A stretch of 40,202 nucleotides of DNA from an uncultured Thermodesulfatator sp. (GTDB lineage Bacteria > Desulfobacterota > Thermodesulfobacteria > Thermodesulfobacteriales > Thermodesulfobacteriaceae). The notes under the pieces were generated by a model, which searched no databases, had not been told where the DNA came from, and was given only the letters and a program-made list of their open reading frames with translations. Location of the stretch: contig CAZWTB010000100.1 of assembly GCA_964636875.1 (NCBI GenBank), forward strand, positions 1-40,202, in the 5' to 3' direction. Below are positions 1 through 9,546 of this stretch, piece after piece (position 1 is the first letter of the stretch; every line of letters begins with the position of its first letter). A program made the translations under genes and the position numbers.

Positions 1-77
1 TTTTTAAATATATTATTGTATTTGTTTTCCAGTTCTTTGAAATATTGTAAACTATCTTTTAAATTAGTATTTTTCAT
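1..77 (-). CDS. 5' end of a gene running off the window (MKNTNLKDSLQYFKELENKYNNIFK...), possibly a PAS-containing signalling protein
   Basis: ATG at 77 overlaps the TGA of the upstream gene (ATGA), GGAG lies about 10 nt upstream and the frame is open to the edge. ELENKYNNIF resembles the EEKYRxIF linker that precedes PAS domains. Not in the ORF track. Confidence 0.6.
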   Translation of the reverse strand, partial: MKNTNLKDSLQYFKELENKYNNIFK

Positions 78-1309
78 TTTACGGGTTCTCCTTTTATTTC
101 TCTTAAAAGCAAACAAGTAAGTATTTTGGGATAAAAATAAGTGCATTTATGGGGCATTAACTTCCCTACTCCTGCAACTTCTTTTAAAATTAAAGGAGAT
201 ATAACAGGAAATATTACCCCCAATCCTTTTTCGCTTTTTTTTAAAACCTCTTTTTCTGTAGAATAAAACTTTACCAGCCCCTTTTCCTTTAATTCCTCTT
301 CCTTAAGACCTGTAGCTTTGTAAAATATATGTAGAAAATTAAACAAAGGTATTCTGGAAAGAACCGGATCCAATTTTTTGATCTCTTCCCAGAAATCATC
401 TCTAATTCTACAGAAAAGTAAATTTCTGTTAAAAACCAGAAGATATTCCCTTTCCTTTTCTCTAAAAAAATTTTTATCTGATTTTAAAATTTCTTCGGAT
501 ATTTTTTCTACTTCCAGAAAATTTTTCAGCTTTTCTATTAATTTGAAAGTTTCAGAAAAAAGATATACTCTATGAGTCGGAAGCATAAGAAGTCCAGGTT
601 CTTCCATAGGACACACATACATACATATGTAGTTAAAATCAAGCTGATCATTTTTCCCGAATTTTTCTTCCATATAACTTTTAAAACGCAGGGCAGTAGT
701 GTAGCGGTGATGTCCATCTGCTATATAAATCGGTTTATTATAAAGAAATGCAGAAATTTTTTGTTGAATTGAAAGAGAAGTAATTCTATAAAGTCTATGC
801 ACCTCTGAACCAAATGTCACCTCGTAAAGAAGTTCCTTTTCATCAAGATTTTTTAAAGTATCAAGTTCAGGATCCTGATAAATACCAAATATCTGACTGA
901 ATTGAAATCCCGTTGCTTTCAGAAGTTCAAATCTTTCCTCGGTTACTTTGGGATATGTCTTTTCATGAGGAATTATTTTTCCTTCTTTAAAAGAACTCAG
1001 TTTTACAAGAAGAATAAACCCCCTTCTACAGAATTTTTTATTTCCATAAAAAAAATCAAGTTCATAAAGATAAATACACCTCATATTTTCTGGAAAAATT
1101 ACTTTTTCTTCCATCCATTTCTTTAAAAGTTCTCTGGCTTTATAAGAAGATTCAGGAAGTTCCAGATGAAATATATTATAATTACTTTTGCTTTTATAGT
1201 ATTTTATTTCCTCCTCGGATACAACATCATAAGGAGGTGCTATAACATCGTTTATGTTAACTTTTTCTGAATTGTATCTCCATCCTTTAAAACCAAGAAC
1301 TTCAGGCAT
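74..1309 (-). CDS. DUF1015 family protein
   Basis: Motifs APPYDV, IIPHEKT, YIADGHHRY, LPTHR and MPHKCTYFYPK (family form MPxKSTxFxPK); GGAGG RBS. Confidence 0.9.
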   Translation of the reverse strand: MPEVLGFKGWRYNSEKVNINDVIAPPYDVVSEEEIKYYKSKSNYNIFHLELPESSYKARELLKKWMEEKVIFPENMRCIYLYELDFFYGNKKFCRRGFILLVKLSSFKEGKIIPHEKTYPKVTEERFELLKATGFQFSQIFGIYQDPELDTLKNLDEKELLYEVTFGSEVHRLYRITSLSIQQKISAFLYNKPIYIADGHHRYTTALRFKSYMEEKFGKNDQLDFNYICMYVCPMEEPGLLMLPTHRVYLFSETFKLIEKLKNFLEVEKISEEILKSDKNFFREKEREYLLVFNRNLLFCRIRDDFWEEIKKLDPVLSRIPLFNFLHIFYKATGLKEEELKEKGLVKFYSTEKEVLKKSEKGLGVIFPVISPLILKEVAGVGKLMPHKCTYFYPKILTCLLLREIKGEPVK

Positions 1310-1348
1310 AATTCCTCCAGAATTTTTCTCCTTAACTCTACCAAAAAA

Positions 1349-1876
1349 TTAAAGATTTACAACTTTTTTTATCAAAAAGAAAAGAGTTATTCCATAGGCA
1401 ACTGCCACATTTAAAGACTCCTTTTCTCCATAAAGAGGGATTTCAAAAATTACATCTGCATAAGGAAAAAGTTCATCTTTTACTCCTTCCACTTCATTCC
1501 CCACCACAAAGGCAAGAGGAAAAAGATTTTCTGACAATTCTTCCACAGGAACACTTATATCAGTAATCTCAAGGATTCCTATTTTATATTTTTTTTGTTT
1601 ATAATATAAAATAGCCTCTTTAGCAGAAGTAAAGTATTTCCAGGGAACGAGATTTACTGTATAAAGAGCAGTCTTTTCAAGTTTGGGATGTGGTGGATGA
1701 GGAGTGATTCCGCAGAGAGCCAGTTCTTCTATATAAGCACAGGCAGAAGTCCTGAACATAGAACCTACATTATAGGCACTTCTTATGTCATCAAGAATAG
1801 CTACTATGGGAAATCTCCTCCTGGGTCTCAATTTTCTCCACTTTCTTAAAATATCCTCCCCTTCCAATTTCTTCAT
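1349..1876 (-). CDS. SpoU/TrmH-family RNA 2'-O-methyltransferase
   Basis: DDIRSAYNVGSMFRT, VGNEVEGV and ESLNVAVA SPOUT motifs. Start moved from the track's TTG at 1933 to ATG 1876, which has GAGG upstream. Confidence 0.88.
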   Translation of the reverse strand: MKKLEGEDILRKWRKLRPRRRFPIVAILDDIRSAYNVGSMFRTSACAYIEELALCGITPHPPHPKLEKTALYTVNLVPWKYFTSAKEAILYYKQKKYKIGILEITDISVPVEELSENLFPLAFVVGNEVEGVKDELFPYADVIFEIPLYGEKESLNVAVAYGITLFFLIKKVVNL

Positions 1877-2019
1877 CTCTTCTGCCTCTACAATTTTAAG
1901 CAGAAATTTTACAACCCAAAAACATTTTTTCAATTTTTAAATACTTATAAATTGAAAAGGTTGACAGGTAAAAAAAAAGAGAAAAACTATTATAAATAGT
2001 TCATCTTACAAATAAAAAA

Positions 2020-2595
2020 ATGAAAAAAATTGGAATAACAGGAGGTATTGCAACAGGAAAAAGCACTTTTTTAAAAATTCTTAAAAATATGGGATTTCCT
2101 GTATTTTCCTGTGATGAAGTGGTAAATACACTTTATAATAAATCTTTTATAAAAGAGCAACTTATTAAGCTATTTGGAAGAAAAATTCTGAAAGGATCTC
2201 AAATAAACAGAAAAAAAATTTTGAAAGAAATACTGAAAAATCCAAAATTGAAAAAAAAGCTGGAAAACATTTTCCATCCAGAAGTAAAAAAGAATTTGTT
2301 TGAATTTTTTCAAAATAATACAGGAAAAGAAATTGTTTTTGCAGAGGTTCCCCTTCTTTTTGAAGCAGGATGGGATAAATTTTTTGATGAAATATGGGTT
2401 ATAACCTGTTCTCTTCCAACCCAAAAAAAACGTCTTAAAGATAGAGGTTTTTCAGAAGAACTTATATCAAAATTAATATCTCTGCAGATCCCGCTCTGTG
2501 AAAAAGAAAAAAAAGCTCACAAAATATTTTCTTCAGAAAAAAGTATTAAAGAGCTTGAAAAAGAATTAAAACTTATTCTAAAGGAGTATTTATAA
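2020..2595 (+). CDS. coaE: Dephospho-CoA kinase
   Basis: IGITGGIATGKST P-loop, LENIFHP, EVPLLFEAG. Confidence 0.95.
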   Translation: MKKIGITGGIATGKSTFLKILKNMGFPVFSCDEVVNTLYNKSFIKEQLIKLFGRKILKGSQINRKKILKEILKNPKLKKKLENIFHPEVKKNLFEFFQNNTGKEIVFAEVPLLFEAGWDKFFDEIWVITCSLPTQKKRLKDRGFSEELISKLISLQIPLCEKEKKAHKIFSSEKSIKELEKELKLILKEYL

Positions 2596-3715
2596 GAGAA
2601 AAACCTTCTGGACTATATCCATGAACCAGAAAATCATCTCCCAGTTTTTTTATCTTAAGTTTTTCAAGTTTTACAGATTGAGAAAGTTTTTTCAGGGGTT
2701 TTGCAGAAATTGATTGAATTCCCTGTGGATCTCCTGTAACAATTGGACCAAAAAAGAAAAAAAACTCATCAGCTTCTCTGAGGAAACTTCCGTGAATTTT
2801 ACCTCCTCCTTCTACAAGCACTGAGGAGATGCCTTCTGAAAAACATCTTCTAAGAAATGCTTTAACATCTATTCCCTGTTCACAAACAGGAAGTCTCCAC
2901 ACCTCAATTCCTCTTTTAACAAATTCTTTTTCTCTTTTTTTATCAGCACTTTCTCCACAAACTACAATTGTTTTACTATTATCTTTTATGCGAAAGATTT
3001 TAAATTCTGGAACAAGATTCAGATTGGTATCAAAAACAATTCTTAATGGATTTTTTCCCTGCACAAGTCTACAGGTTAATTCAGGATCATCTTTTAAAAC
3101 TGTATTTTTTCCTACTACAATTGCATCACACCATGCTCTAAGTTTATGTCCCAGTTTTCTTGCCTTTTGGCCAGTTATCCATTTGGAATCTCCTGTAGAA
3201 ACTCCTATTTTTCCATCAAGTGTTGAAGCAACTTTTATTATTACCCAGGGTTTTTTTCTTAAAATTCTGCTTAAAAAAAATCTGGTAAGAATTTTGGCTT
3301 CCTCAGATAAAACCCCGGAAATAGTTTCTATTCCGTGTTCTTTTAAAACTTCTAGCCCGCCTTTTGCAACGGGATTGGGATCTCTTATGGCACAAACCAC
3401 TTTTTTTATTCCTGCTTTTATAATTTTCTCAGTGCATGGAGGTGTTTTACCATAATGGGAACATGGTTCAAGTGTAACATAAAGCACACTTCCCTTTGCT
3501 CTATCACCAGCTTTGTTAAGTGCAATTACTTCTGCATGAGGTCCTCCATACTTTTTATGATAACCTTTTGCTATAACCTCACCTGTAGCAGGATCAACCA
3601 CCACAGCTCCAACTGCAGGATTTGGAGAGGTTTTACCCAAACCTTTATAACCCTCTTTTAATGCAATTTTCATAAAGTATTCATCAAAGGACTTTTTTAA
3701 AGAGGAAACCGACAT
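2573..3715 (-). CDS. ribD: Bifunctional diaminohydroxyphosphoribosylaminopyrimidine deaminase/reductase
   Basis: PNPAVGAVV, HAE and TLEPCSHYGKTPPC deaminase motifs; SKWITG and VEGGG reductase motifs. Confidence 0.97.
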   Translation of the reverse strand: MSVSSLKKSFDEYFMKIALKEGYKGLGKTSPNPAVGAVVVDPATGEVIAKGYHKKYGGPHAEVIALNKAGDRAKGSVLYVTLEPCSHYGKTPPCTEKIIKAGIKKVVCAIRDPNPVAKGGLEVLKEHGIETISGVLSEEAKILTRFFLSRILRKKPWVIIKVASTLDGKIGVSTGDSKWITGQKARKLGHKLRAWCDAIVVGKNTVLKDDPELTCRLVQGKNPLRIVFDTNLNLVPEFKIFRIKDNSKTIVVCGESADKKREKEFVKRGIEVWRLPVCEQGIDVKAFLRRCFSEGISSVLVEGGGKIHGSFLREADEFFFFFGPIVTGDPQGIQSISAKPLKKLSQSVKLEKLKIKKLGDDFLVHGYSPEGFSLINTPLE

Positions 3716-3721
3716 GGTAAA

Positions 3722-4186
3722 TTACTTTTTCCTGGGACAGATAGCAGAAATGTAAAGATTAATCTGAAGTTTGCTCCAGTCTATGTGTTTTTTTGGAGTA
3801 AGTTTTTCTCTTTCTTCTCTTGAAAGCTTGATTTTTTGCACAATTTTATAATAATAATCGTTATCTTCTATGTTAAAAGGGGTTTTTCTTATCTGATTTA
3901 ACTTAAAAATAAGGGCATTAAGTTTTCTGATTTTGTTGTAGGCGTCCTGAGTATCCTCTTCAAGATACTTTTCAAGCTGGGCAATTTCTTTCCTTAATTC
4001 AAGCTCTTTGGGAAGAAAACCCGCGTTTTTTAAAATTTTATAAACAACTCTAAGTTCTTCAGGAACAAAAGGATCTTCTTTTAAATCAAGAGGTTTCCCT
4101 TTACAGGAAATGTCTTCAAAATCTCCATTTTCCATCGCTTCACGAATTCTTTCTTCTGCAAGTTTCCTAAAAAATAAAAGACTCAC
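3722..4186 (-). CDS. DUF1992 domain protein
   Basis: LAEERIREAMENGDFE...GKPLDL...VPEELRVVYKILKNAGFLP signature; GTG start overlaps the upstream stop. Confidence 0.85.
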   Translation of the reverse strand: MSLLFFRKLAEERIREAMENGDFEDISCKGKPLDLKEDPFVPEELRVVYKILKNAGFLPKELELRKEIAQLEKYLEEDTQDAYNKIRKLNALIFKLNQIRKTPFNIEDNDYYYKIVQKIKLSREEREKLTPKKHIDWSKLQINLYISAICPRKK

Positions 4187-4830
4187 TTTTTACTTCCTTT
4201 CTTTCCAATTTTATTTCCTGCAGATCTGGTTGCATAAATTTTGTATTCTGCAAGCCCTTTATATTCCCCATCTGGATATTCCTCAAGATACTTTCTGTAA
4301 AAATCAATTGCCTGGTTTAAGTTACCGCTTTCTTCGTATGTCCTCGCCACATCAATAAGTGCTACAAATCGTAGTAAAGGCATTTCCTTAAGACTTTTTT
4401 TATAAAATCTCAAGGCTGACTTAAACTCTTTCTGATTTTCAAAAAGAGAAGCTCTTGCATAATTTAAAAGGGGTTTTAAATCCGAAGGATAATTTTCCTG
4501 AAGATAATCTAATACCCGCCCCATGCTGAAATAATCTTTTTTATTATAATACATATTCCATAATAAAATTCCTGCTTCAAGACCTGCTTGAGTTCCAGAA
4601 TATTCTTTTAAAATTTTGTTAAGTGCCTGCACAGGATTATGTTGATTCATCGCTTCTATAAGTTTTAATTCTGCCTCTCTTTCTTTTCTATTTTTGTAAT
4701 AAGTAAAAAAACTTATCAAAAAGACAAAAAGCACAAAAATACCCACGCTTGTAAGAATGAGTTTTAACTTCTGATTAAAAAAATTGCTTAATTTTTCATG
4801 AACCTCAAGGATTTTATCCTGATTTTCCAT
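4183..4830 (-). CDS. Membrane-anchored tetratricopeptide-repeat protein (YfgM-like)
   Basis: Single N-terminal hydrophobic helix followed by TPR-like helices (ARTYEESGNLNQAIDFYRKYLEEYP). Confidence 0.75.
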   Translation of the reverse strand: MENQDKILEVHEKLSNFFNQKLKLILTSVGIFVLFVFLISFFTYYKNRKEREAELKLIEAMNQHNPVQALNKILKEYSGTQAGLEAGILLWNMYYNKKDYFSMGRVLDYLQENYPSDLKPLLNYARASLFENQKEFKSALRFYKKSLKEMPLLRFVALIDVARTYEESGNLNQAIDFYRKYLEEYPDGEYKGLAEYKIYATRSAGNKIGKKGSKK

Positions 4831-4848
4831 TTTATATCTCCTTCTTTT

Positions 4849-5328
4849 TTATCCTTCTATTCCTCCGAAAAAGTCATCCCATTTAAAAATAAAAGGTTCT
4901 GTGTTTTCCTTAAAAACCTTGTAATCACCCACTTCTCCCACCACAATAATATGATCACCTGCTTCGCATTCTTTTACAACCTCACATTCAAAATAGGCAA
5001 TTGCATCGGTTAAAACAGGGCACTGATTAAGAGAATATGTATAGGAAATGTTTTCAAATTTGTTTACTTCCCTTCCTGACTTAAATCCAAAAAGTCTGGC
5101 AAGCTCTATTTGATCCGGGGAAAGAACATTGATACAGAAAATTCCAGAATTTTTTATAAACTGGTAGGTGTATCTCTGAGGAGCTATGGCAACTGCCAGA
5201 AGTCTTGGTTTAAAAGAAACCTGAGTAACCCATGCTGCTGTCATTCCATTAATCTTATTATCCCATTTTGAAGTTATTATATAAACCCCCTGAATTATAT
5301 AAGTGGTAATAATTTTTTGAAGACCCAT
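4849..5328 (-). CDS. Flavin reductase family (flavoredoxin-like) protein
   Basis: NGMTAAWVTQVSFKP, FGFKSGREVNKF, AGDH motifs. Confidence 0.92.
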   Translation of the reverse strand: MGLQKIITTYIIQGVYIITSKWDNKINGMTAAWVTQVSFKPRLLAVAIAPQRYTYQFIKNSGIFCINVLSPDQIELARLFGFKSGREVNKFENISYTYSLNQCPVLTDAIAYFECEVVKECEAGDHIIVVGEVGDYKVFKENTEPFIFKWDDFFGGIEG

Positions 5329-5416
5329 TTTTTTCCCCCTTTTTAAATTTTAGGGGTATTTGAAACTTATTATAAATAAAAAAGAAAAATAAGGCAAGAG
5401 TAAAATTCTAAAATTA

Positions 5417-5782
5417 TCAAGCTTTATTTCTGTAAAGGATCCCCACAAGTTCGTGAAGTCTTTTAGAAACTTCGAGAAGTTCCTCTGGAGGGATCTGTCT
5501 TATAAGTTTACCGGTATCTTTTTCATAAACTTTTACAACCAGGGTTTTATATTCTTTATCATATACTACTTTTGTTTCCAGATTAAACTTTTCAAGAAAC
5601 TTTTGAATAACATTTGCTATTTCTTTCATTACTTCTTCATTTATTTTTTCGAAAAATTTACCGGACTTTTGTTTTTCTGTAGTTTCTTTTAGTTTTTTTT
5701 GTTCAAGTTCTGACTGAAATTTTTGTATTTCCTGAGGTTTTACACTATCTATTACCCAATTTTTTACCAGTTCTACTTTCAT
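5417..5782 (-). CDS. flaG: Flagellar protein FlaG
   Basis: C-terminal VVKVYEKDTGKLIRQIPPEELL signature; AGGAGG RBS. Confidence 0.88.
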   Translation of the reverse strand: MKVELVKNWVIDSVKPQEIQKFQSELEQKKLKETTEKQKSGKFFEKINEEVMKEIANVIQKFLEKFNLETKVVYDKEYKTLVVKVYEKDTGKLIRQIPPEELLEVSKRLHELVGILYRNKA

Positions 5783-5859
5783 TGTTGCCTCCTGTAATTT
5801 TTTCTCAATTTTTATACCACTATACTTTTCTAATTTTAAAATTAATTTATTATTTTCTC

Positions 5860-5887
5860 TTTACAAGTGTAATATTCCTGTTATGAT
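5860..5887 (+). promoter_or_regulatory. Putative sigma70 promoter for nikR
   Basis: TTTACA-16 nt-TATGAT with an extended -10 TG. Confidence 0.5.
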
Positions 5888-5925
5888 TAAATCGGAATTT
5901 TTAAAACAAACTTAAGGAGGAGGGG

Positions 5926-6348
5926 ATGGAGGAGCTCGCACGTTTTGGTGTATCCATACCCAAAGAGCTTTTAAAGGCATTTGATGAATACATAGAAAAA
6001 AAACACTATGCAAACAGATCTGAAGCAATTCGAGACCTGATTCGCCAAAAACTTGTAGAAGAAGAATGGAAAGAATCCAAAGAAGATGTAATGGGAGTTA
6101 TAATGTATCTTTATGATCATCACAAAAGAGAATTAACAGATAAACTCATGGAAATCCAGCACAATTACTATTCAAGAATTATTACCACCCAGCATATTCA
6201 TATAGATCACGCAAGATGTCTTGAAGTAATTTTGGTAAAGGGAAAGGCTAATGAAATAAAGGAACTTGCAGAGAAGATACAGGCGCAGAAAGGCGTTCTT
6301 CATTTAAATATAGCTCTGACAACACTCGGGAAAAGTTTACCCACATAA
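5926..6348 (+). CDS. nikR: Nickel-responsive transcriptional regulator
   Basis: Ribbon-helix-helix RFGVSI...NRSEAIRDLIR; Ni ligands QH...HIHIDHARCLE; strong AAGGAGG RBS. Confidence 0.97.
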   Translation: MEELARFGVSIPKELLKAFDEYIEKKHYANRSEAIRDLIRQKLVEEEWKESKEDVMGVIMYLYDHHKRELTDKLMEIQHNYYSRIITTQHIHIDHARCLEVILVKGKANEIKELAEKIQAQKGVLHLNIALTTLGKSLPT

Positions 6349-6374
6349 TAAAAATTTAAACAGGAGGGAGGTAA

Positions 6375-8003
6375 ATGCAGGAAGGAAGTGCTAAACAGGA
6401 ACTTTCGAATTATTATCAAATTGTAAATGATTTTAAGTTAGAAGTTCCGGAAAAGTTTTCATTCCCCCTGGATGTATTTGATAAATGGGGGGATAGACCT
6501 GCTCTTATATGGACAGATGGAGAAGAAACGAAAAAATTTACTTTTTCCCAGCTTACAGAGCTTTCAAGTAAACTCGCAGGAGGGTTAAAATCTCTGGGGA
6601 TAAAAAAGGGAGACAAAGTAATGATAATTCTTTCTAACAAACCTGAATGGTGGATAAGTGTTCTTGCTTTAATGCGATTAAATGCAATTGTGATTCCTGC
6701 AACCACTCTTCTTATGCCCAAGGATATAGAATATCGTTTAAAAGTAGCAAATATTAAAGGTATTATTTCAGACGAAATAAATGCAGAAAAGGTAGAGGAA
6801 GCTGTAAATAATTTAGGAAAAGATATAATTTTGATTAATACTGATGAAAGAACAGGATGGCAAAATTTTTCCACTCTTTTAAATAGTGATCCTTTCCCAG
6901 GAGAAAGAACCAGTTCTTCGGATCCAGCTTTTATTTTTTTTACTTCTGGAACCACAGGTCCTCCAAAAATGGTTCTTCACACCCAGGTTTCCTATCCTCT
7001 TGCACATCTTATTACTGGAAAGTTCTGGCTCGATCTTAAACCCGGAGACATTCACTGGAATCTTTCTGACACAGGTTGGGCAAAGGCAGCATGGTCCAGT
7101 CTTTTTGGTCCCTGGAATATGGGAGCAACTGTTTTTACACGAAAAGCTCCTAAAAAATTTACTCCTGATTTTCTCGTGGAAACCCTTAAAAAGTTTGAAA
7201 TTACTACATTCTGCGGTCCTCCCACTGTTTATCGTATGCTTATAAAAGAAGTCCCCAAAGAAGAACTAAAATTCCCAAGTGTAAGACACTTTGTAGCAGC
7301 AGGAGAACCACTTAATCCTGAAGTAATAGAAGTGTGGAAGGAAGCCACTGGTCAATACATTTACAATGGATATGGACAGACAGAAACAGTAAACACAATT
7401 GCTATGTTTCGCTTTATTCCGATTAAACCCGGAGCAATGGGTTTACCAACCCCTGGTTTCGTCGTGGACATAGTGGATGATGAAGGAAATCCTGTTAAAC
7501 CCTATGAAGACGGAAACATAGCAATTAAAATCAAACCAGAAAGACCTGTAGGACTTTTTGTGGAATACATAGGAGATGAAAAAGAAATGAATCTCGCATT
7601 TAGAGGTGAATGGTATTTTACAAGAGATAGAGGATATAAAGATGAAGAAGGATACTTCTGGTTTCTTGGAAGAGAAGATGATATAATTATTAGTTCCGGA
7701 TATAGAATTTCTCCATTTGAAGTGGAAAGTGTATTAATTAAACATCCAGCAGTAAAAGAATCTGCAGTGGTAGCAAGCCCTGACGAAGTAAGAGGAGAAG
7801 TTGTAAAGGCTTTTATAGTGTTAAAAGAAGGTTTTGAACCTTCAGAAAAACTGGTAAAAGAACTTCAGGACTTTGTTAAAAAAGAAACAGCACCTTATAA
7901 GTATCCGAGAAAAGTTGAATTTGTTAGCGAACTACCTAAAACAATAAGTGGAAAAATAAAGAGAAAAGAACTTAAATTGAAAGAATTCGGATTACTCAAG
8001 TAA
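6375..8003 (+). CDS. Medium-chain acyl-CoA synthetase (ACSM/AcsA-like AMP-forming ligase)
   Basis: FTSGTTGPPK, SDTGWAKAAWS, YGQTET, GREDD and ELPKTISGKIKR adenylation motifs. Confidence 0.92.
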   Translation: MQEGSAKQELSNYYQIVNDFKLEVPEKFSFPLDVFDKWGDRPALIWTDGEETKKFTFSQLTELSSKLAGGLKSLGIKKGDKVMIILSNKPEWWISVLALMRLNAIVIPATTLLMPKDIEYRLKVANIKGIISDEINAEKVEEAVNNLGKDIILINTDERTGWQNFSTLLNSDPFPGERTSSSDPAFIFFTSGTTGPPKMVLHTQVSYPLAHLITGKFWLDLKPGDIHWNLSDTGWAKAAWSSLFGPWNMGATVFTRKAPKKFTPDFLVETLKKFEITTFCGPPTVYRMLIKEVPKEELKFPSVRHFVAAGEPLNPEVIEVWKEATGQYIYNGYGQTETVNTIAMFRFIPIKPGAMGLPTPGFVVDIVDDEGNPVKPYEDGNIAIKIKPERPVGLFVEYIGDEKEMNLAFRGEWYFTRDRGYKDEEGYFWFLGREDDIIISSGYRISPFEVESVLIKHPAVKESAVVASPDEVRGEVVKAFIVLKEGFEPSEKLVKELQDFVKKETAPYKYPRKVEFVSELPKTISGKIKRKELKLKEFGLLK

Positions 8004-8012
8004 AATCAACCT

Positions 8013-8036
8013 GCGGGGGAATCCCCCGCTCTTTTT
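8013..8036 (+). terminator. Rho-independent terminator
   Basis: GCGGGGG-AAT-CCCCCGC perfect stem followed by TCTTTTT, starting 10 nt after the ligase stop. Confidence 0.85.
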
Positions 8037-8211
8037 CTACTTTCAAATTATAGATATAATAAAATTTTTTGATTTTTATTTATAGAAATAACTTAAAAAA
8101 GATGCAAAATTTTTCACTTTTTTAAAATTTTACTTGAAGAATTTAAAAAAGATAGTAATATAAAAAAACTTGAATAAGAAAAGAACCTAAAAGTTTAAAG
8201 GAGGTATTTTT

Positions 8212-8532
8212 ATGGGAGTGTGTAAGGTTACTGATCAGGATTTTGAAAAAGAGGTTTTACAATCGGATATCCCGGTGCTTGTGGATTTCTGGGCATCCTG
8301 GTGTGGTCCCTGTAGATTAATAGCACCTATTATAGAAGAAGTTGCCAAAGAAATGGAAGGAAAAGTAAAAGTATGTAAAATGAATGTGGATGAAAATCCT
8401 GTTACCCCTGGAAAATTCGGAATACGAGCAATACCAACCCTTATAATTTTTAAAAATGGAGAAGCAGTAGATATAATAGTTGGAGCAGTATCTAAAAATA
8501 CTATTTTAAATGCTTTAAACAAAGTTATTTAG
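8212..8532 (+). CDS. trxA: Thioredoxin
   Basis: VDFWASWCGPC and IRAIPTL; GGAGGT RBS. Confidence 0.98.
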   Translation: MGVCKVTDQDFEKEVLQSDIPVLVDFWASWCGPCRLIAPIIEEVAKEMEGKVKVCKMNVDENPVTPGKFGIRAIPTLIIFKNGEAVDIIVGAVSKNTILNALNKVI

Positions 8533-8574
8533 AATTGAACTTTACTATATTAAAAACTTATTTTTTAATTTTTT

Positions 8575-9288
8575 ATGCTTAAGAAGGGGTATATTGTTTT
8601 TATTCTTTTCTTTTCTCTTTTTCTCTGTGCCTGTGGAACCCCCAAACAAAAAAAACGCACTCAGGTGGAACTTTTACATCTTTTAAAAAAAGCAGAAAAA
8701 TACTTTAAAAACGGACAATACGAAATTGCGTCACAATATTATGAAAAGGTCATGAATTTATTTCCAGGAACTCCTCAGGCTGTGCTTGCTCGATTAAGAA
8801 TAGCTGATTGTAAATTTATGCAGGGAGATTACCTCTCTGCTATAGATCTCTATGAAAATTTTGAAAAGTTTTATCCTGCTAATGAAGCTATTCCTTATGT
8901 AATTTTTCAAATAGGAAACTGCTACTACCAGCTTGTTCTTCCTTACGATAGGGATCAAAGTTTTACAAAAAAAGCTATTGAAAATTATCTCAGACTTCTG
9001 GAAAATTTCCCTAAGAATCCTTATAGAGTTGAAGTAAAAAAGAGAATAAAAAAACTACGGGAAATTCTTGCCCATCATGAATTCTATGTTGCCAGATTTT
9101 ATTACAAAATGAAATATTACAGATCCGCATATAACAGACTCCTTTATCTTCTGAACAATTATCCAGAAACTTTATATGCTAAAAAAGCTCGAAAACTGGT
9201 TTATAAATACTACAAAATGGCTTTAAAAGAAACCGAGGAATTAAGAGAAGGAAAAAAGAAGGACTTCTGGGGCGAACCTGTTCCTTAA
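8575..9288 (+). CDS. bamD: Outer membrane protein assembly lipoprotein BamD
   Basis: Lipobox LCAC, TPR helices, DRDQSFT, LAHHEFYVARFY. Confidence 0.9.
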   Translation: MLKKGYIVFILFFSLFLCACGTPKQKKRTQVELLHLLKKAEKYFKNGQYEIASQYYEKVMNLFPGTPQAVLARLRIADCKFMQGDYLSAIDLYENFEKFYPANEAIPYVIFQIGNCYYQLVLPYDRDQSFTKKAIENYLRLLENFPKNPYRVEVKKRIKKLREILAHHEFYVARFYYKMKYYRSAYNRLLYLLNNYPETLYAKKARKLVYKYYKMALKETEELREGKKKDFWGEPVP

Positions 9289-9291
9289 AAT

Positions 9292-9546
9292 TTAACTTTC
9301 TTCTATTTCCAGAGGTATTTCTATTTCTCTTCTTTCTTTTTCTTCTGGTTTTTGAGAAGGTGTAGAAACTTCGGGTTCTGTAGAAGTAGAGCTTACTTCT
9401 ACAAAATCCTCTGGAGAAAGAAAAGGTTCTTTTCTACTCTGAGGAAAAAATCCCAACTTTTCTATCACTTTTCCCATATCATTCCCGCATCTGGGACATA
9501 CCTTTTTTTCTTCTGAAAAAAAGTAATTACACTTGGGACATCTCAT
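9292..9546 (-). CDS. Small zinc-ribbon protein with acidic tail
   Basis: CPKC-x10-CPRC; AAGGAG RBS inside the secA 3' end, 20-nt overlap. Confidence 0.75.
   Translation of the reverse strand: MRCPKCNYFFSEEKKVCPRCGNDMGKVIEKLGFFPQSRKEPFLSPEDFVEVSSTSTEPEVSTPSQKPEEKERREIEIPLEIEES

Noticed and set aside
1961-1993. TTGACA with an A9 run upstream of coaE as a phase-variable promoter
   Set aside because: The best -10 (TATTAT) is 21 nt away, and A9 runs are common in this AT-rich sequence.
5783-5925. NikR operator or sigma28 promoter in the flaG-nikR gap
   Set aside because: No convincing GTATGA-N16-TCATAC-like dyad or GCCGATAA box was seen.
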